From Hydrurus foetidus (taxonomy: Eukaryota), in NCBI GenBank assembly GCA_900617105.1, contig UYFQ01000011.1:62001-105077 (forward strand): 43,077 bases of DNA, read 5' to 3'. The position numbers were made by a program, and so were the translations under genes. Below are positions 40,797-43,077 of this stretch, piece after piece; positions within the stretch are counted from its first letter, which is position 1, and each line of letters begins with the position of its first letter. The notes under the pieces were generated by a model that had not been told where the DNA came from, ran no database searches, and worked only from the letters and a program-made list of their open reading frames with translations.

Positions 40797-41420
40797 TTAA
40801 AGCCCAATAGCAGCCAAATCGCCGCCACCCTGGCGGATCACCTCGGGCGCGTCACCGGTCAGGTCGATCACGGTGGTGGGCTCCAGCGCGCAGGCGCCGG
40901 CGTCGATGACGGCGGCGATCTGGTGCTCGAACCGTTCACGAATTTCCTGCGCATCGTTGAGCGGTTCGGTCTCTCCGGATGCTATCAAAGTAGTAGCTAA
41001 CAATGCAGATCCGTGGAGGGCTAGCAGGTCTTGGAGCGTTTTATGGTCGGGCACACGCAGGCCAATCGTCTTGCGCGAGGGGTGGCTCACGCGGCGCGGT
41101 ACTTCCTTGCTGGCTTCCAGAATAAAGGTGTAGGCGCCCGGCGTGGCGGCCTTGAGCAGGCGGTACTGCGCGTTGTCCACGCGGGCATAGCTGGCCAGCT
41201 CGCTGAGGTCGCGGCAGAGCAGGGTCAGGTGGTGCTTGTCGTCCACGCCTCGGATGGTGCGCAGCTTGTCGGCTGCGGCCTTGTCATCCAGGTGGCAAAC
41301 CAGCGCGTAGCTGGAGTCGGTGGGGACCGCCAGAATGCCGCCTTTTTCAAGCAGGCCCACGGCCTGTTTGAGGAGGCGGGGTTGGGGGTTGTCGGGGTGA
41401 ACTTCGAAATACTGCGCCAT
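40797..41420 (-). CDS. yciO: Sua5/YciO/YrdC family protein
   Basis: 'HPDNPQPRL', 'PTDSSYAL', 'RKTIGLRVP', 'PTTVIDL'. Confidence 0.9.
   Translation of the reverse strand: MAQYFEVHPDNPQPRLLKQAVGLLEKGGILAVPTDSSYALVCHLDDKAAADKLRTIRGVDDKHHLTLLCRDLSELASYARVDNAQYRLLKAATPGAYTFILEASKEVPRRVSHPSRKTIGLRVPDHKTLQDLLALHGSALLATTLIASGETEPLNDAQEIRERFEHQIAAVIDAGACALEPTTVIDLTGDAPEVIRQGGGDLAAIGL
40981..41025 (+). repeat. Dispersed motif copy superimposed on the yciO coding sequence
   Basis: GCTAT-CAAAGTA-GTAGC-TAACAAT-GCA-GATCCGTG-GAGGGCTAGC; cluster of rare codons. Confidence 0.7.
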
Positions 41421-41433
41421 GGCACGGAAAACT

Positions 41434-42288
41434 CTATTGGATGCGGGAGCTCAGCAACTCCCACACGGGGGTCAGGCCACTGGGTAAATTGGGCAGAGTG
41501 CCCAGTTCCGTGTGGCTTTCGTTGGGGCTGTGGAAGTCGCTGCCGCGCGAGGCGGCCAGGCCGAATTCTTTGGCGGTCTCGGCGTAGATCTGGTATTCAG
41601 GCACCGAATGGCTGCCCGTTACTACCTCGACGCCTTGGCCACCAAAGCCCTTGAATTCGGTGAACAGCGCAAACTCTTCGTTGGGCGTGAACTTGTAGCG
41701 CGCCGGGTGGGCAATCACCGCCATGCCGCCAGCCTGGGTGATCCAGGTGACGGCATTCTTGAGCGTAGCCCAGCGGTGCTCTACGAAGCCCGGCTTGCCT
41801 TCTGTCAGGTACTTGCGAAACACCTCGTTCGTTTCTTTGCACACGCCACTTTCCACCAAAAAGCGGGCAAAGTGGGTGCGCGAAATCAACTCGGGGTTGC
41901 CGACAAACTTCAGCGCGCCCTCGTAGGCGTCCTTGATGCCGACCTTGGCGAGCCCGTCTGACATCTCCATGGCGCGCTCCTTGCGGCCGCCGCGCGTCTG
42001 GCGCAAGCCCTGGATCAGGACCTCGTTGTCGGCGTCAAAGCCCAGGCCGACGATGTGCACGGTGTGGTTCAAAAACGTGATGGAAATCTCGGTGCCCGTG
42101 AGGTACTGCATGCCTTGGGCATGGGCGGCCGCCAGCGCACGCTGCTGGCCACCAATTTCATCGTGGTCGGTCAACGCCCACAGTTCGACGCCATTGGTCT
42201 TGGCGCGCGCGGCCAGGGCTTCGGGCGTGAGCGTGCCATCGGAGACCACAGAGTGGCAATGGAGGTCGGCGTTGAGTAGGGTAGTCAC
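41434..42288 (-). CDS. PHP-domain 3',5'-nucleoside bisphosphate phosphatase (YciV/TrpH-like)
   Basis: 'DLHCHS..SDG', 'LTDHD', 'AHP', 'GSDFH'. Confidence 0.92.
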   Translation of the reverse strand: MTTLLNADLHCHSVVSDGTLTPEALAARAKTNGVELWALTDHDEIGGQQRALAAAHAQGMQYLTGTEISITFLNHTVHIVGLGFDADNEVLIQGLRQTRGGRKERAMEMSDGLAKVGIKDAYEGALKFVGNPELISRTHFARFLVESGVCKETNEVFRKYLTEGKPGFVEHRWATLKNAVTWITQAGGMAVIAHPARYKFTPNEEFALFTEFKGFGGQGVEVVTGSHSVPEYQIYAETAKEFGLAASRGSDFHSPNESHTELGTLPNLPSGLTPVWELLSSRIQ

Positions 42289-42310
42289 CGAACCATTTTA
42301 GGCCCAGGCA

Positions 42311-42973
42311 CTAAAAGGCTGGCGCGACGGTGTATTCCTGTACCTCGCCCGTCACCGGGTGCGGAAAACTCAGCAGGCCTGAGTGCAGCAGCAGCCGGTC
42401 GGCCTGGGCTTGCACCTCGGGCGGCGCATACAGCGTGTCGCCCACCATGGGGTGGCCGATGGCTTGCATGTGCACGCGCAGCTGGTGGGTGCGACCGGTC
42501 ACCGGTTCCAGCTCCACGCGTGAGGTGTTGGCGGCCGCATCCACGGCGGTGCAGCGCCAGCGTGTCAGCGCGCGCTGGCCGTCGGTGTAGTTGACCGTGC
42601 GTTTGGGCCGGTTGGGCCAGTCCACCAGCAGGGGCAGGTCAATCTCCTGCCAATCGTCGCTCACGGTCAAGAGGCCTGTCACCACCGCCGTGTAACGCTT
42701 GTCCACACGGCGTTGCTCAAAGGCCAGGTTCAGCACGCGCTGGGACGGCAGGCCGCGGGCCATCACTACCAGACCCGAGGTGTCGCGGTCCAGCCGATGC
42801 ACGATCAGGGCATCGGGGTAGTGCGCTTGCACGCGCTTGCTGAGGCAATCTGCCTTCTCCGGGCCACGGCCGGGTACGGTCAGCAGGCCAGAAGGTTTAT
42901 TGAGTACCACGATGGCATCGTCGGCAAGCACCACGTCCAGGGGCAAGGCGGAAAAGTCTTCAGTGGGGAGCAT
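42311..42973 (-). CDS. rluA: RluA-family pseudouridine synthase
   Basis: 'NKPSGLL.VPG', 'HRLDRDTSG', 'TGRTHQLRVH', 'GD.LY'. Confidence 0.9.
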   Translation of the reverse strand: MLPTEDFSALPLDVVLADDAIVVLNKPSGLLTVPGRGPEKADCLSKRVQAHYPDALIVHRLDRDTSGLVVMARGLPSQRVLNLAFEQRRVDKRYTAVVTGLLTVSDDWQEIDLPLLVDWPNRPKRTVNYTDGQRALTRWRCTAVDAAANTSRVELEPVTGRTHQLRVHMQAIGHPMVGDTLYAPPEVQAQADRLLLHSGLLSFPHPVTGEVQEYTVAPAF

Positions 42974-43077
42974 CGTTCTGAGAAATAAGCCGCTGCACGA
43001 TTTCGCACAACTCGTTGACATCGTTGGGTTTGTAGATCAGGGCATTGGCCCCTTCCTGCAGCGCACGCCGATCAGGG
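42960..43077 (-). CDS. C-terminus of a response-regulator receiver protein (partial)
   Basis: Manual translation ...RALQEGANALIYKPNDVNELCEIVQRLISQNDAPH*, with the receiver 'GA...I.KP' motif. Confidence 0.65.
   Translation of the reverse strand, partial: PDRRALQEGANALIYKPNDVNELCEIVQRLISQNDAPH

Overview
GC-rich betaproteobacterial chromosome segment; gene content and order suggest Comamonadaceae, Rhodoferax-like (inference). The core backbone runs: ABC permease, truncated globin, smr, radC, fkpB-ispH-serS-tRNA-Ser(CGA), then aldo-keto reductase, DUF3429, nitrobindin-like protein, MCP, Cache, trpS, S2P protease, yciO, PHP and rluA. Accessory DNA interrupts it at several points. (1) A hipBA-like cassette. 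(2) A ~13.2 kb island inserted in radC at codon 164. It supplies a replacement radC 5' half with a captured host promoter, heavily recoded next to the junction. Its cargo is only signal-transduction genes with internally duplicated modules, an IS5 and a 414-bp recombinase-less element with RIT-like ends. No integrase remains. (3) A ~7.4 kb tRNA-Ser-integrated element with a P4-type integrase, AlpA, HTH, a MobV relaxase split by an IS3-like element, a Zn-finger protein and a lipoprotein. A secreted TPR-CHAT protease gene follows it. The most unusual signal is a fixed-spacing ~45-56 bp motif, GCTAT-N7-RTAGC-N7-GCA-N8-GnGGGYYA. It occurs between genes, superimposed on the yciO coding sequence, and as an in-frame insertion in both radC copies. 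No CRISPR array or rRNA was seen. All calls were made by eye, without database searches.
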